Source: a virus | Lineage: Duplodnaviria; Caudoviricetes | Strand: one strand, 5' to 3' | IMG/VR virus record: IMGVR_UViG_3300042484_000510 | Coordinates: 1-36,184 of that record | DNA: 36,184 nucleotides | Part shown: positions 6,064 through 14,466 of the stretch, piece after piece | Numbering within the stretch: the first letter of the stretch is position 1 | Layout: each line of letters opens with the position of its first letter | The notes under the pieces: generated by a model | Seen by the model: the letters and a program-made list of their open reading frames with translations, nothing else | Told to the model about the DNA's origin: nothing | The model's database searches: none | Translations under genes and position numbers: made by a program

Positions 6064-8040
6064 TTAGTCTAGGCCGAGAACGCCCTCATCGGTGTCATTG
6101 GCCTCTTTGTAATTTGCATCAGCCTTGACAATCAGTTTGTTGTAGGCCGCGTCTACCTCTTCCTTTGGAGCGCCGCTCAAGTTAGCCGCAAGATAGTCCT
6201 TCAACTCCTGTGAGGATTCCATCTCGTAGGTCTCGTCTCCTGTCAGGGTGATAAACGCATCTTCTTCAGTTGGAACGCCGGAAATTCCGCCGTCGTAATG
6301 CTCCTGGGTGATGTAGTAGGAAACCCCTTCGTCGTGGAACTCTGCAACGATTGACTCCTTGTCGCCAACTGTGAGCGTGTGAACCGACGCGGTAGCGCCG
6401 TCGCTAAACCCATGATCCAGGTCTTTCAATTCGGTGGCAAATGCAGAGGCTTCGTCCCTGGTCTCCTGGCTGACATTCTCGTTATCGTGGTACACGGCCG
6501 GGTCCATCAGCGGGGTTTCCACCTGTGGCTCCTGCTCGTCTTCCTCGTCCTCGTCTTCCTTATCGGAGGCTCCGGCTCCGGCTCCGGCTCCGCCAGGCGC
6601 GTGGTCTGCCTGGTCATGGTCGCCGTGCTTAACGGAACGCTTGACCCGGAATGACTTCTTAGGCTCGGCAAAGCCTTCAACAGTCTTCTCGCCAATTTCG
6701 TTCCAGTTGATTCCAGATGTCCCCTGGCCAAAGAGGTCTTGTAGGAACACATTGCTTGATCCGCCGTTGCTGTCGTTATCGGCAATCATTCCGATTTCAT
6801 CCTGGATGTTGCTTGCCAGGGTGCGGCCCAACTCGTAGCGCGCCTTCTCGGAGTCTCCGCCGGCTGCGTCTAGCGCCTCTTTCGCAATGTCGCGAATGCT
6901 GTCGGAGCCACCCATGACACCAGAGTTGTCAATGTGAAGAGCGCCAAGCCAAGTGGACCGGTTAGTCCAACCGTTGTGCTCCTCTTCGCCGTCGCGTCGG
7001 AAACCGTCTTGGCCGCTATAGGTAGATGTTCCACCCGCTTCCTCAATGTAGCCGTCGGCAATAGCATCCCAATCCATTCGCTCAACTACGCCGCTGATGA
7101 GGCTGTTAGCAACTTCAGAGTTCATGCCGTTGGCATCAAAGTCTTCTTCCGTTGCATTCAGCATGGTGTGTCCGAGCGCGCGGCCGGCTTCCTGCACATC
7201 TCCGCCGCTGTCTTCTAGGGCTTGCTGGGCATCGTCCTCAAACGCTCCGTCGGCCATAAGCCCCATGTTCCAAGTGGCGTGGTTGGTCCAACCGTTGTAG
7301 CCCTTCTCGTCGCCGGTCTTCTCTCGTTCCGATGTCTCCTTGTCGCCGGCCCCGCCGCCGCTTGCCCACGCGCCATGCTCTGACTGATCGTGGTCACCAT
7401 GCTTAACCGTGCGCTTGACCTTCAACATACGAACGCCTCCTTCCAACTTCTTTGCCTTCCGGGTGAATGGCTTCCGCTTGCTAGGTGCAGCGGCAGCCTT
7501 TGCCGGCCTGGCTCCTTTTGCATTGTCGCTGGTCTTCGGCTCGTTGGCAAGGAGGGATTTCACATGGGCTGCGGCCGACTTGTTAGCCCGCACGATGTAG
7601 GCATTTGGGTTGGCCGGGTTTGGGGTTAGGCTTAACTCAACGAGCGCCCACTTAAGGATCTCGCCGGTCTTGGAAGAGACCTTGACCAGGTGGCCCATGG
7701 TCCCGGATGAGAAGCCAAGCGCGTCGTTGTCAACCAACTCCTTGATCTCGTTGATGTATTCGGAGCGCGCATCCAACTGTGCGCGGACCCAAACACCGCC
7801 GTCGTCAATCTTCTTGACACCCCAGCGGCCAATCACGGCCGTGTCTACGGCTGAATCCAAGCCGTGCTGAAAGAGAAGTGGTCGCTGTCCGTCCGGAATA
7901 AGGTCAAGTGCGAAGTCGGTCTTCTTGCTGAAGTATTGCCCGTGCAGATCCTTGCCCTTGATTGGCCCGCCGAATGGCACGCCATAGCCTTCAATGATCA
8001 GGCCGCCGTCTGCTGTCGCTGCAATCTTCAGATGCTTCAC
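6064..8040 (-). CDS. HK97-type prohead maturation protease (N-terminal ~150 aa) fused to two His-tagged acidic cargo regions
   Basis: IEGYGVPFG...LLFQHG...GVWVRAQL...GFSSG...ELSLTPNPANP; then a basic linker, tag, two NGWTN..TW repeats, tag, and an acidic domain. Confidence 0.9.
   Translation of the reverse strand: MKHLKIAATADGGLIIEGYGVPFGGPIKGKDLHGQYFSKKTDFALDLIPDGQRPLLFQHGLDSAVDTAVIGRWGVKKIDDGGVWVRAQLDARSEYINEIKELVDNDALGFSSGTMGHLVKVSSKTGEILKWALVELSLTPNPANPNAYIVRANKSAAAHVKSLLANEPKTSDNAKGARPAKAAAAPSKRKPFTRKAKKLEGGVRMLKVKRTVKHGDHDQSEHGAWASGGGAGDKETSEREKTGDEKGYNGWTNHATWNMGLMADGAFEDDAQQALEDSGGDVQEAGRALGHTMLNATEEDFDANGMNSEVANSLISGVVERMDWDAIADGYIEEAGGTSTYSGQDGFRRDGEEEHNGWTNRSTWLGALHIDNSGVMGGSDSIRDIAKEALDAAGGDSEKARYELGRTLASNIQDEIGMIADNDSNGGSSNVFLQDLFGQGTSGINWNEIGEKTVEGFAEPKKSFRVKRSVKHGDHDQADHAPGGAGAGAGASDKEDEDEEDEQEPQVETPLMDPAVYHDNENVSQETRDEASAFATELKDLDHGFSDGATASVHTLTVGDKESIVAEFHDEGVSYYITQEHYDGGISGVPTEEDAFITLTGDETYEMESSQELKDYLAANLSGAPKEEVDAAYNKLIVKADANYKEANDTDEGVLGLD
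6595..6640 (-). repeat. His-tag motif copy (RSVKHGDHDQADHAP)
   Basis: Direct translation. Confidence 0.85.
7363..7413 (-). repeat. His-tag motif copy (RTVKHGDHDQSEHGAWA)
   Basis: Direct translation. Confidence 0.9.
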
Positions 8041-9611
8041 TCGTTGGCTCCCTTCAATCCGGGGTACTCGTCTTCTTCTACGCCATTGGCAATCTGTTTA
8101 CTACTGTAGCGCCTCTTGATCCCTAGTTCAATAGTCCGGCGCTCATGGTCGTTCACCGAGAATCCTACCATTGCAGCGGCATCTAGTTTGCCGCCGGCAA
8201 CAAAGGCCTTAACTTCTGGTCGGCCGTAGAGGTGTGACTCCTTCTCAAACCACGCCATGATTGGCGGAGCGTCCACGACATGATCCTCTTCAACCGCTGT
8301 TTGATTTGGCGGAAGGTCGCCCAGGGTGACCGGCCGCTTCCCAACCAATCCCTCTTGTGGCTGGCCATTGAGCAGCGGGATGTCGCCCCATTCGGTCGGA
8401 GCGCCCAGGCCGAAGTGCGCGCGTACCTCGTTTGGTGTGACAACGCGCCGGTCCATCAACTGTGTCCACAGCATGAGTTCTTCCTGTGGTGTTGGACGAA
8501 GCGCCTCAATGCTGGTCATGTCAAAGGCAACGGTCAATCGGCCGGTCGTATCAAACTCTGTGGTCAACCATGAATCCAAGATGTCGGCAACCCAGCCAAG
8601 TTCGGCCTTCATTCTGCGCCAGAACACCTGCTCTGCATCGCGTACTGAACGGTATACGCCGGAGTGCTCGTCATCACCAACAAGTTGTAGTGGCACACCC
8701 ATGGCAGATGCGATAGCCATGCGGCTAATCTTTCGCGCGTTGAGGTACTGCGCGTCTTGTTCCGGGATACCAAGTTGCTGCCACTCAAGTCCACCTGGTA
8801 GCACCGCGCTCTTTCCTGCATTTTTCGGGCCGGAGATTGCGGCCAACACTTTCTTAATCGCTGACTGGTCCTGCACCGTAAGGTCGCTGTCCTTCGGCGC
8901 AACCCATGCGCCAACCGGTACGCCCATGTTGCGAAGCAAAGCGTTTGTATGCTCGGATGCCATGACGCTGACCTCTACCTCGCGTCGGATTGCAGAGAGA
9001 GGGGAGAGGCCGCGCGTTGGGTCAACAAAGTTTCCGGGGAGGCGGAATGCCACGATGTCCTTTGCCGGAATGATTTCGGTTTGCGCGTTGCGCGCCTTTG
9101 ATCCAAACGGGTTGTATTCGTAGGCCTCAATCCAGGTCTGGCCCATCTTTGGCGTAAGGTCTACCGGCCGAAGCAGATACAACTCTTGTGGTGGCCCACC
9201 AAGGCGGCCGCGAACTTTACGAACATAGGCTTCGCCGTACACCGAAAGGCTTGCAATAAGGCTGCCCCGGAAATCGGATGCCGACATGCTGTATGGATTT
9301 ACGGTGTCAAGAAGTTTCTGGTACTCAGCGGCTTCCGGATCGTTGGCAAGGTCTGCCGGAATAAGGTTGTGATCCTGGCGCACATAGACCCGAAGCGGAA
9401 CCGAGCCGGCGCTCATGGCCTTTAACTTGATACAAGCGTTAAGGAACGGTTCATCTGCGGCCGCGCGCGCCCAATCCCTTGAGGAGTTGTAGTCGCCTGA
9501 ACCCTGTTCGGCCATGCCGAAGAATGCCATCCATGCAGCGAGCGAGTCTTTCTTTCCTGGCTGAATAAAATTCGCCGGGTTGGCAAAGTCTGGCATCTTA
9601 CGATCAGCCAT
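8037..9611 (-). CDS. Portal protein, HK97 family
   Basis: GEAY...LYLLRP, GLSPL, NAGK..VL.GGL.W, IA.AMGVP, TPNEVR motifs; lies between TerL and the protease. Confidence 0.95.
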   Translation of the reverse strand: MADRKMPDFANPANFIQPGKKDSLAAWMAFFGMAEQGSGDYNSSRDWARAAADEPFLNACIKLKAMSAGSVPLRVYVRQDHNLIPADLANDPEAAEYQKLLDTVNPYSMSASDFRGSLIASLSVYGEAYVRKVRGRLGGPPQELYLLRPVDLTPKMGQTWIEAYEYNPFGSKARNAQTEIIPAKDIVAFRLPGNFVDPTRGLSPLSAIRREVEVSVMASEHTNALLRNMGVPVGAWVAPKDSDLTVQDQSAIKKVLAAISGPKNAGKSAVLPGGLEWQQLGIPEQDAQYLNARKISRMAIASAMGVPLQLVGDDEHSGVYRSVRDAEQVFWRRMKAELGWVADILDSWLTTEFDTTGRLTVAFDMTSIEALRPTPQEELMLWTQLMDRRVVTPNEVRAHFGLGAPTEWGDIPLLNGQPQEGLVGKRPVTLGDLPPNQTAVEEDHVVDAPPIMAWFEKESHLYGRPEVKAFVAGGKLDAAAMVGFSVNDHERRTIELGIKRRYSSKQIANGVEEDEYPGLKGANE

Positions 9612-9715
9612 CAGGTCTCCTCGTTATCTACAGGAAGGCCGCACTTCCAACACCATTCATCTTCGTCTGCTGGGCTAATGTATGGTACTGCACATCGGCA
9701 TTGGTGCGCTTTGAT
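9611..9715 (-). CDS. Possible tiny Zn-ribbon peptide (CRC...CWKC); start uncertain
   Basis: Stop overlaps the portal ATG (TGATG); no canonical start between the TerL stop and the Cys motif. Confidence 0.3.
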   Translation of the reverse strand: MKAHQCRCAVPYISPADEDEWCWKCGLPVDNEET

Positions 9716-11388
9716 TACGCGATCATACCTGTGAACGCGCGCTTGGGAGCCGGCTGCATGGCCTGGCTCACCGCCATCACCATCGCGATAGCCGCGTCCA
9801 CCTTCGCTGTCGTGTTTCCTCTCGGCTTGCGAATGCGCCAACCTGCATCTCCTCTAGGTACTGCTACTGCGGCCATGACATGTCGCGTCAGCGCCACATT
9901 TGTCTTTGGATCGTAGCGCAACCGGCGGGTCACAATTGACTGGAACAGATCTGCCGTCATGGGAACCATCCGGCTATCGGTCTGATTTGTCTCCACCATG
10001 GCCAGGTTCTCGCCCTCCAGCATCTGTGCAGACTCCCGGAACGACCATGGGTCGTAGCAGAACGCCGGTCCGGGCCGTGTCCGGCCGTCAATCTTGACCA
10101 TGGGTGTAGGGAATCGGTCCTTAAGCGTGACCAGGTAGCGCCGGATTTCCTCAATGTCTACCTGCCAGGCTGCCCCCATGCTGCTGTCCTTGGGGTACGG
10201 ATTGGCCCACACGCGCGATTCCACAACAATGTTGTCGCCTTGCTTCTGCGCGATCACGACGGCTGAAGCGTCCCGGGTGATACCCACATCTATTCCGACG
10301 GCTACCGGCAACGCCGGGTCTAGGGTCACGCCCTCCTCGGCACATGCGGCCCAGGAACCCATAGGGAGCCATGACTCTTCGCCGGCATGCACCCATTGGC
10401 CTAGGTGTAGCCGCCGGAATTCGGAGAGCCGGGTCGTTGGCTTGAACCGCTGCTGACGAAGGTACTGGTCGGTGATCCATGGAGCCGGATTGCTCTTGCG
10501 CCAGACCTCCGGGCTGTCGGCATCGGCATCTTCCGGTGCTCCGTAGTGGTAGAGCAGGAAGCCGTTGTCCGGATCGCGGGCAATGCGCCGGTAGTACGGG
10601 CCGGATTGGAATTGCTGATCCGGCGCGGTCTCAATCACCCGGTTGTAGATCTGGCCCAGGATCTGATCCGGGTCATAGCCCGGGGTGCTAATGGCAATGG
10701 TCAGCGGCTCGTCGCGAGCGCCGGAGCCGGAGGTGAGCGCCGTGTACAACTCGCCATCCTGGTGCGCCCACAACTCGTCCACGATTACGCATGACGGGTT
10801 AGACCCGTGCTGAAGCCGGCCGTCGGATGCCACCACCTTGATGAAGCCGCCCCCCTGGACATCTATGTGGTACTGCTTGGGAATCAGCAGGGCCGATAGT
10901 TCTGGGTTGTTGGCAATGAACGCCCGGATCTGCCGGAAGATAACGGCGGCCTGGTCCTTGGATGCTGCGGCCACAATTGTCTGCGGCTCCTTGCCGGCAT
11001 CGCGAAGGGTCTGGAAGATTGCCAGGGCTGCGGCCAGCGTTGACTTTCCGGATTTACGCGGGAGCAAGAGCATGGCCTCGCTATACCGGCGCTTGCCCGT
11101 CACCGCGTCCCGGCTCAACACATCGTTGATGAAGTCGCGCTGGAACGGCTCAAGCCGGAGCGGCTGCCCCGAGAACTGGCCGATGCTTTGCTTGATGAAG
11201 ACCTTGCAGAATTCCTCAAAGATCGGACCGTCGGTTAGGAGGCTGGGATTTCCTCCGCTTGCCGGCTCATCAGGTCGCTGATCGTCATGGCCTTCTTGAG
11301 GCGCGGGGTCTTGTTGGCCTTGTACCTCGCCTGGGATGGCGTGGCCGATAGGCCCATTCGGCTGATTAGGTTCTGATAGGTCTGACAT
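9715..11388 (-). CDS. terL: Terminase large subunit (Terminase_1 type)
   Basis: Walker A PRKSGKS, Walker B VIVDELW, ISTPG, nuclease VGIDVG...D and KVDAAIA. Confidence 0.95.
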   Translation of the reverse strand: MSDLSEPNQPNGPIGHAIPGEVQGQQDPAPQEGHDDQRPDEPASGGNPSLLTDGPIFEEFCKVFIKQSIGQFSGQPLRLEPFQRDFINDVLSRDAVTGKRRYSEAMLLLPRKSGKSTLAAALAIFQTLRDAGKEPQTIVAAASKDQAAVIFRQIRAFIANNPELSALLIPKQYHIDVQGGGFIKVVASDGRLQHGSNPSCVIVDELWAHQDGELYTALTSGSGARDEPLTIAISTPGYDPDQILGQIYNRVIETAPDQQFQSGPYYRRIARDPDNGFLLYHYGAPEDADADSPEVWRKSNPAPWITDQYLRQQRFKPTTRLSEFRRLHLGQWVHAGEESWLPMGSWAACAEEGVTLDPALPVAVGIDVGITRDASAVVIAQKQGDNIVVESRVWANPYPKDSSMGAAWQVDIEEIRRYLVTLKDRFPTPMVKIDGRTRPGPAFCYDPWSFRESAQMLEGENLAMVETNQTDSRMVPMTADLFQSIVTRRLRYDPKTNVALTRHVMAAVAVPRGDAGWRIRKPRGNTTAKVDAAIAMVMAVSQAMQPAPKRAFTGMIA

Positions 11389-11738
11389 GCTTGCCTCTCA
11401 ATCATAGCCGCTGGATGCGCGGAAATGCCTTGCGATGTCTGAACGGTGATGCCGTCGCGTGCGAGCATTTCAGCGGCCTGTTGCCAACGCTCCCAAGCCA
11501 CGGCGGCCATGTGTAGCAATTGCGGAGGGATGTCGCCATCCCGGCCCGCGAGCCGGACCTGCTCCTCTAGGACCGAAAGGTGTTTCTCTGCCTCGGTAAG
11601 CGGGCGCTCTGGCTCTTGAATGGCATCGTTTGTGCCGTCTTGAGCGTGAATTTCAGCCTCACCTACACCAGGGCTGGTATAGGGGGTGCTTTCAGGTACA
11701 CAACCTGTGTAAACACATGCTGCGGGATCGTCAGGCAT
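11235..11738 (-). CDS. terS: Terminase small subunit, P27 family
   Basis: L.RDG.TV.T..G..AHPA...I.RMGL..TP..R motif; AGGGAG RBS before ATG 11738. Confidence 0.8.
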   Translation of the reverse strand: MPDDPAACVYTGCVPESTPYTSPGVGEAEIHAQDGTNDAIQEPERPLTEAEKHLSVLEEQVRLAGRDGDIPPQLLHMAAVAWERWQQAAEMLARDGITVQTSQGISAHPAAMIERQACQTYQNLISRMGLSATPSQARYKANKTPRLKKAMTISDLMSRQAEEIPAS

Positions 11739-11805
11739 TTCACTCCCTAAAAAATGGGGGGGTGTTTGTGCTGCATCCTGGGCCTCATTGCTGTGCGTGT
11801 GCTCT

Positions 11806-11904
11806 TTAGAATTCATCAGGGATGTCCTCTTCTTCGTTGTCCTCGTCATCGTCCCATCCCGGGTCAGGCACGGCATCGGGTGCTGTGTCCTCGTATGGTG
11901 GCAT
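11806..11904 (-). CDS. Putative 32-aa highly acidic peptide (MPPYEDTAPDAVPDPGWDDDEDNEEEDIPDEF)
   Basis: ATG..TAA frame filling the HNH-TerS gap; not in the ORF track. Confidence 0.4.
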   Translation of the reverse strand: MPPYEDTAPDAVPDPGWDDDEDNEEEDIPDEF

Positions 11905-11915
11905 GGTGTCAGGGA

Positions 11916-12263
11916 TTACGCGCGCCATGGCCCAGGCTCATGCTTGCGTGCGCCTACGATTCCTTGGCATCGTTTGCATAGCACCTGCACGCCTTCCTCC
12001 GTATCCTCTGGTATGAGCGCACCACCCATGCTCAATGGCACGATGTGGTCAAGGGTAAGGGGATTGGATGCGTCACCCTGTGTGGCACACCTGCTGCACC
12101 ATGGCTGATCCTTACGCTTACGCGCTGATAGGTTGCGCCATTCCCTGCTATTGCGATAGGGGTTGGGCTTGGTCGCCTGTTTCTCCTTAGCGCATTCCTC
12201 ACACCTACCCTGCTTCAGCCTGGATAGGATCATGCCGCATGTGAGACAGGCCCTATTGCTCAA
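11916..12263 (-). CDS. HNH endonuclease (packaging-associated, HK97 gp74-like)
   Basis: CSRC...LTLDHIVPLSMGG...VLCKRC; located upstream of TerS. Confidence 0.85.
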   Translation of the reverse strand: MSNRACLTCGMILSRLKQGRCEECAKEKQATKPNPYRNSREWRNLSARKRKDQPWCSRCATQGDASNPLTLDHIVPLSMGGALIPEDTEEGVQVLCKRCQGIVGARKHEPGPWRA

Positions 12264-12511
12264 CGCTTACGCCTTACGACCTTAGCCCTCACCCTGGGTT
12301 TAGGGGCCGGGTTAGACATGACCGATGCCAACACATCGTCTAGGGCTACTGGTGGGAGGGCCTCTTCCTGAGCCTTACGCACCTCTCCACATTTCCTGCA
12401 CGCCATCATTGCCGTGAATGGGGTGTGTTCGCCGTCTCCTGTGTCGTACAACATAAAGTCATGAGCATAGGGTGGCCTAGCGTTCCTGCATCGGTGTGCA
12501 TGTACGGCCAT
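12260..12511 (-). CDS. Hypothetical Zn-binding protein
   Basis: HRC...HDF...CRKC; GGAG RBS before ATG 12511. Confidence 0.6.
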   Translation of the reverse strand: MAVHAHRCRNARPPYAHDFMLYDTGDGEHTPFTAMMACRKCGEVRKAQEEALPPVALDDVLASVMSNPAPKPRVRAKVVRRKR

Positions 12512-12601
12512 TTGGACTCCTTCCTCGTTGTAGCGCACAGAGGGGGGACGGGGAAGGCTCCGTCACGCTCCCTCCGTGCGCGTAGACATTAGCAGATCGG
12601 A

Positions 12602-13114
12602 TTAGGTCCTCGGGATTGCATACAACAGGTGTTGGGCAACTCGTTTATACCCTTCGCCGGAATCCCACCCTATTTCCCATCCCTCTGCTGCGTTAATCCA
12701 GCCGATTACATCAACCACCTTAAACTCGCTCTCTGGGATTGGATACGCGAGCACTACGCGCCTTTGTAAGGCCACATCTTTCTCTCGGATGACTAGTCCG
12801 CTTCCCGATTCACGAATGCGCTTAACTTCTATGTCCTCACCCGCGTCTGGCTCGTTCTCATGGAGCCGATGCTCCGATGCGGGCCATACTTTGCCGTGCC
12901 AAGGCTCGTTGAAGGCCTTTGACACCGCGCACTCGGCTGCTGCTGCTGCGAATGATGCTGTCTCGTCGTCCTGCATCTTGGATCGGTCGTAGTAGGGCTT
13001 ATCTTTGCTATTGGCGTTCGCTGCGTTGCGTCCATCGCCAACTTCCTTCGCCCTGGTGAGTTCCTCGTCGGTCAATTCAATGAGCCGGCCTCGTGCCGTG
13101 TACAGAAAGGTCAT
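12602..13114 (-). CDS. Hypothetical protein, possible PD-(D/E)xK nuclease fold
   Basis: AECAV...PDAGEDIEVKR motif; ATGA coupling. Confidence 0.6.
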   Translation of the reverse strand: MTFLYTARGRLIELTDEELTRAKEVGDGRNAANANSKDKPYYDRSKMQDDETASFAAAAAECAVSKAFNEPWHGKVWPASEHRLHENEPDAGEDIEVKRIRESGSGLVIREKDVALQRRVVLAYPIPESEFKVVDVIGWINAAEGWEIGWDSGEGYKRVAQHLLYAIPRT

Positions 13115-13458
13115 GGCGTACCGCTAAAGCCCCAATGCGGATTGCCTTTCTTGCAGGAATCGCAATGGCAACGCCACGCCCACAGCACCAGGCCGTTGCA
13201 GATGTCTTTAACCAGCGGTGTGACGCTTGGGTCAATGCTCAACACGAAATTTCCTGGCAACGGGGCAATGTCTTCCAACTGCCCCATGTTCATGCGCGTG
13301 ATTGCGTCTATCGCTACAGGGATCATCGCCTTTGGGACTGGCGGAAGGTGATGCCAAACGAAATGTTGATCCAGTTGCTCGTCCAGGGGTGTATCCCCTG
13401 CTGCCATGACGCTTGCCGCAACGCCATGGCCGAACTGGTCAATGTCTCGCCGCATCAT
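13111..13458 (-). CDS. Hypothetical protein
   Basis: Coupled ORF in the operon; C-terminal CHCDSC. Confidence 0.6.
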   Translation of the reverse strand: MMRRDIDQFGHGVAASVMAAGDTPLDEQLDQHFVWHHLPPVPKAMIPVAIDAITRMNMGQLEDIAPLPGNFVLSIDPSVTPLVKDICNGLVLWAWRCHCDSCKKGNPHWGFSGTP

Positions 13459-13655
13459 GCGCACGCCTTGTGCTTCCAGGTGTACCTCCGGCCGCCCTTA
13501 GCCCCATTGAAGTTGATGACCAGCACCCGAACGCCTGGAAACACCAAACGCTTGGCATCGGTGTAGTCAATCACCTTTCCGCATGCGGCACAGTCCGTCA
13601 CCGTCCACACAGGGGGCTTTACCGCGCCTTCGCGCTTCGCCTTTACCCCTGCCAT
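13455..13655 (-). CDS. Small Zn-finger protein
   Basis: CAAC...HKAC; overlaps its neighbours. Confidence 0.6.
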   Translation of the reverse strand: MAGVKAKREGAVKPPVWTVTDCAACGKVIDYTDAKRLVFPGVRVLVINFNGAKGGRRYTWKHKACA

Positions 13656-14053
13656 GCGTCAGATTCCAAGGCAAACGCCTCGTTGATCTCCTCGGCCGTA
13701 TGTCGCACCAGGAACAGCGGAGCATTCTTGCCCGCCGGGTAGCGTAGATAGTTGTACTCGTAGAATTCCAGGGAATCGTCGTAGCCTGTGCATTCTTCCT
13801 TGCATTCGCTCTGCTCGCTCTTGTGATTTTCCTCGTGCATGCTCTTGGCCAACTGCTCCAGGTCATAAACCACCACGGTTTGCTGATAGCCGCCGCCCTC
13901 TTTGCAATTCACGAACACCAGGGTCGTCCCAACCACGGCTGAGTCGCCCCCAATCAGCATCAGCGGATGCTCTGCCTGATTCTCTTCTGGGGCCGGGTCT
14001 AGTTTCTTGTCTAGCGTCTCGTCCAGGTTAATCGTGTCAAATACTTCGCTCAT
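13643..14053 (-). CDS. Hypothetical acidic phage protein
   Basis: VVYD...EFYEYN...G.NAPLF pattern; GGAGG RBS. Confidence 0.65.
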   Translation of the reverse strand: MSEVFDTINLDETLDKKLDPAPEENQAEHPLMLIGGDSAVVGTTLVFVNCKEGGGYQQTVVVYDLEQLAKSMHEENHKSEQSECKEECTGYDDSLEFYEYNYLRYPAGKNAPLFLVRHTAEEINEAFALESDAWQG

Positions 14054-14466
14054 CTTCCATGCCCTCCTATTGGCCTTACATACCGCTCAATGCGGACTTT
14101 TACAATACCAGCCTTCAGCGTCCGCAACTGGCGGAACAGAGCCGGGCTTAGGTCAATAATTCCTCCACCGGTACACGCGCAACTGTCCCTCACAAGGCAT
14201 AGCACCGATTTACCTGTGGCCACATTGGTGACCTTGACCCAGAACGGCTTGCTGCGCCAGCGATAGCCTGGCAGAGCGCAATAGTTCACCACCTCGTCGT
14301 GCCAACCCCCCTGGGCCTTGGTTCGGTATGGCGTACAGGTCCTTGGTACTCCGTCGTAGCATTTCTGAGGCCCTGGGTATCCGTACCAGGTCGCCTTGCC
14401 AACTGCCGGCTCAGGTAGCAGCACCCCATTGAGCGCCATGCTCAACGAAAGAAGCAGCGCCATCAT
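14050..14466 (-). CDS. Exported RlpA-like double-psi beta-barrel protein (lytic transglycosylase/expansin-like)
   Basis: Hydrophobic N-terminus; GKATWY...VKVTN..TGKSV...VRD.C...IIDLSP..F..L. Confidence 0.8.
   Translation of the reverse strand: MMALLLSLSMALNGVLLPEPAVGKATWYGYPGPQKCYDGVPRTCTPYRTKAQGGWHDEVVNYCALPGYRWRSKPFWVKVTNVATGKSVLCLVRDSCACTGGGIIDLSPALFRQLRTLKAGIVKVRIERYVRPIGGHGR

Noticed and set aside
36-7413. Dispersed ~50-nt repeats as a CRISPR array or DNA-level regulatory repeat
   Set aside because: Spacing is irregular (hundreds of bp), all copies are in frame in ORFs, and they vary at synonymous positions, so the conserved unit is a peptide
11739-11876. ORF-track N-terminal extension of TerS (and similar extensions at 2326, 4516, 18283, 19784, 20230, 21778, 23680, 24632)
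   Set aside because: Downstream starts have clear SD sequences, leaderless -10 boxes or stop/start coupling
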